A DNA stretch of 64,000 bases from Eledone cirrhosa. Its lineage: Eukaryota. Position numbers and translations under genes: made by a program. This document shows positions 62,071-64,000 of the stretch, piece after piece; position 1 is the first letter of the stretch, and every line of letters starts with the position of its first letter. The notes under the pieces were generated by a model. It saw nothing but the letters and a program-made list of their open reading frames with translations, ran no database searches and was not told the DNA's origin. The stretch is taken from the NCBI GenBank assembly GCA_964016885.1, contig OZ024742.1, positions 121,458,001 to 121,522,000 on the forward strand. Reading direction: 5' to 3'.

Positions 62071-64000
62071 AAATAAATAAGTCAAATATTTAAAATTTGG
62101 CTTCGTTTATTACTGCTATATATATTTCGGTAACACCCATCTTTGGCTGTGGCCTCTTCAGGCAGTCCGAATTAGTGTGGTAGAGACGAGTACACATGTT
62201 GTTGAGGTGTTTAACTTTGTCAATACTCTGATATGCCCAGTTCCTGGTTGGGTTGTTATTTCACTGAGGAACTGGAATCATATGAATTTAAACAAACGAA
62301 TTTCAGCGTCAAAGGACATCCTCTCCTCCCATTGGTCAGTTGTGAGAACATTCCTCAGTCAAAAGTCTATAGAAATTCATTCTGAGGCGAGGCAATCTGT
62401 AGTGGTTGTTTTTGTTATTGTTAAGTACATCTGACCTCTACTCTTATGCTGATAGTGGTGTTGGTGTTGGAGTCAGCTTAATTCCAGCTGCTGCTTATTT
62501 TAGATGGATCTGTGTGTGTGTGTTGGCATCTATCCTGCCACCATTTCTCGTGGTGGTAGTGGTGGTGGTGGTGGCGGCGGCTGTGTGTGTGTGTGGGGGG
62601 GGGGATGTGTGTGCCAAGCATATGAAGAAATAAAAGGCAATAAAATGAAGAAAATAGAAAATGGAAATAAGATAATATAAGCAAATAATTAAACAAAAAG
62701 ATGATAAAATGGTAGAAGGAATAAGATGATAAAAGAATAAAATAAGGTAATCAAATAAAATGTGTGTGTTATAACCAATCTCAAAGTTAGAAAGATTTGT
62801 AAGATCCACTCCTCCCATTGGTCAGTTGGGAGAGCATTCCTCAGTCAAAAGTCTATAGAAATTCTTTCTGGGGTGAGGCGATCTGTAGTGTTTGTTTTTG
62901 CTATTGTTAAGTACATCTGACCTCTACCCTTATTTTGGTAGTGATGTTGGTGCTGCGGTTAGCCTAGGTCTTGCTGCTGTTGATTTTAGAAGGATCTGTG
63001 TGTGTGTGTGTTAGCATCCATCCTGCCACCATTTCTCGTGGTGGTGGTTGTGGTGGTGGTGGTTGTGGTGGTGGTGGTGAGGGGGGGGGATTGTGCTATG
63101 CATATGAAGAAATAAAAGGCAATAAAATGAAGAAAATAGAAAATAAATGAAAAATAAAAAAATGAAGATTCAAATAACATGTGTGTGTGTTATAACCAAT
63201 CTCAAAGTTAGAAAGATGTTGGCCAAATTAGAAAGACTGTGTCAGAATCAATCTCTAGGCTATCATGGTGTCTGCTCAGCCTAGATGGGTCCCTATGGCT
63301 TGAGGGGAGTTCCCAACCTATGGTGTTGTTACTGTCCATATAGCTTGAGGGAGGTCCGGCCCAGAGGTGTCTACATGTTCTGGAGAAGTCCCTATAGCTT
63401 GAGGGGAGTTCACATCTCAGTATGTTGTTTCTGTCCATATAGCTTGAGGAAGGTCCCGGCCCTGAGGTGTCTACATGTCCCGAAGAAGTCGGTTCTGAGG
63501 TTTATCAGGCGGCTTCCACCTCTTAGTATCTCCAGGGTTTCGCTCAGACATAGTTTGCATCGGATGGTACTTTCCTGATTATGGACCAGGCCAGAGAGTA
63601 CGGGGTCCTGTCCATCTTAAGCTTCCTGATCAGGTCGGAAAGAGCCGTACTTTTCCTTTTGACCTCCTTATTGAAGGAATGGCGATGGTTATACCAACGG
63701 TCTTTAAAGCTTGTTGATGTGGCTCCTATGTAAAGGTGTTCGGAGTTAGGGTTTTTTTTACTCTACATTCGTATATTAGGTTCTTCCTAAGGCATTCATT
63801 ACTAAGGGGGCATAATTCGGGGTTTTTGCAGTTGCAGAGGGTTGTCGACCTCTGCGTGCCTAGTGTGGGGTTCCCGTTACGTGTTACGTGGTGGTCTTCC
63901 CTAACCCTACTCCTGTTGATGCTAGCTATGTGTTGGGCTAGATTTCTCGTGGTGGAATACGAGAGCTTCACAGTCTGTCTGTTGAAGATCTTGTGGTATC
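62070..64000 (-). mobile_element. 3' part of a PLE (linker + GIY-YIG at 63500-64000) with duplicated 3' UTR (62325-62800/62810-63217) and short tandem repeats at 63290-63480
   Basis: KIFNRQTVKLSYS, CNCKNPELCPLSNECLRKNLIYEC, (frameshift) YIGATSTSFKDRWYNHRHSF...TALS. Confidence 0.88.
62112..62166 (-). ncRNA. Type I hammerhead ribozyme at the PLE 3' end
   Basis: Reverse complement ACTGC-CTGAAGA-GGCCAC...GTTACC-GAAA-TATATA-TA-GCAGT. Confidence 0.85.

Noticed and set aside
63290-63480. Regularly spaced short repeats resembling a CRISPR array
   Set aside because: The intervening sequences are themselves repeated, the context is eukaryotic, and there are no cas genes.

Overview
AT-rich animal genomic DNA, most likely an octopod cephalopod. 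This is inferred from the tRNA-derived SINE families and the extreme (TA)n load. I found no host protein-coding gene, and nearly all long ORFs in the supplied track are microsatellite artefacts. The window is a retroelement graveyard. It holds a 5'-truncated, frameshifted L1/Tx1-type LINE (2.7-6.5 kb), RTE- and R4/Dong-type LINE fragments, about 20 SINEs, a 1.8-kb 9-bp minisatellite, and about ten coding fragments of Penelope-like elements (PLEs; RT + GIY-YIG). The main signal lies in the non-coding DNA between the (TA)n tracts: many short fold-back (long inverted repeat) PLE terminal-repeat relics that carry type I hammerhead ribozymes (HHRs). By eye I find about 13 loci with complete or near-complete HHRs, plus several half-ribozymes. 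Four patterns recur: (i) a palindromic helix III whose sequence varies between families, (ii) a compensatory U3:A8 core in several families, (iii) very long structured loop-2 inserts, and (iv) inversion breakpoints that fall repeatedly inside the ribozyme. A separate conserved ~80-nt motif with covarying pairings and hammerhead core words in permuted order is a candidate undescribed structured RNA. All calls are by-eye reading; no search or folding program was run.
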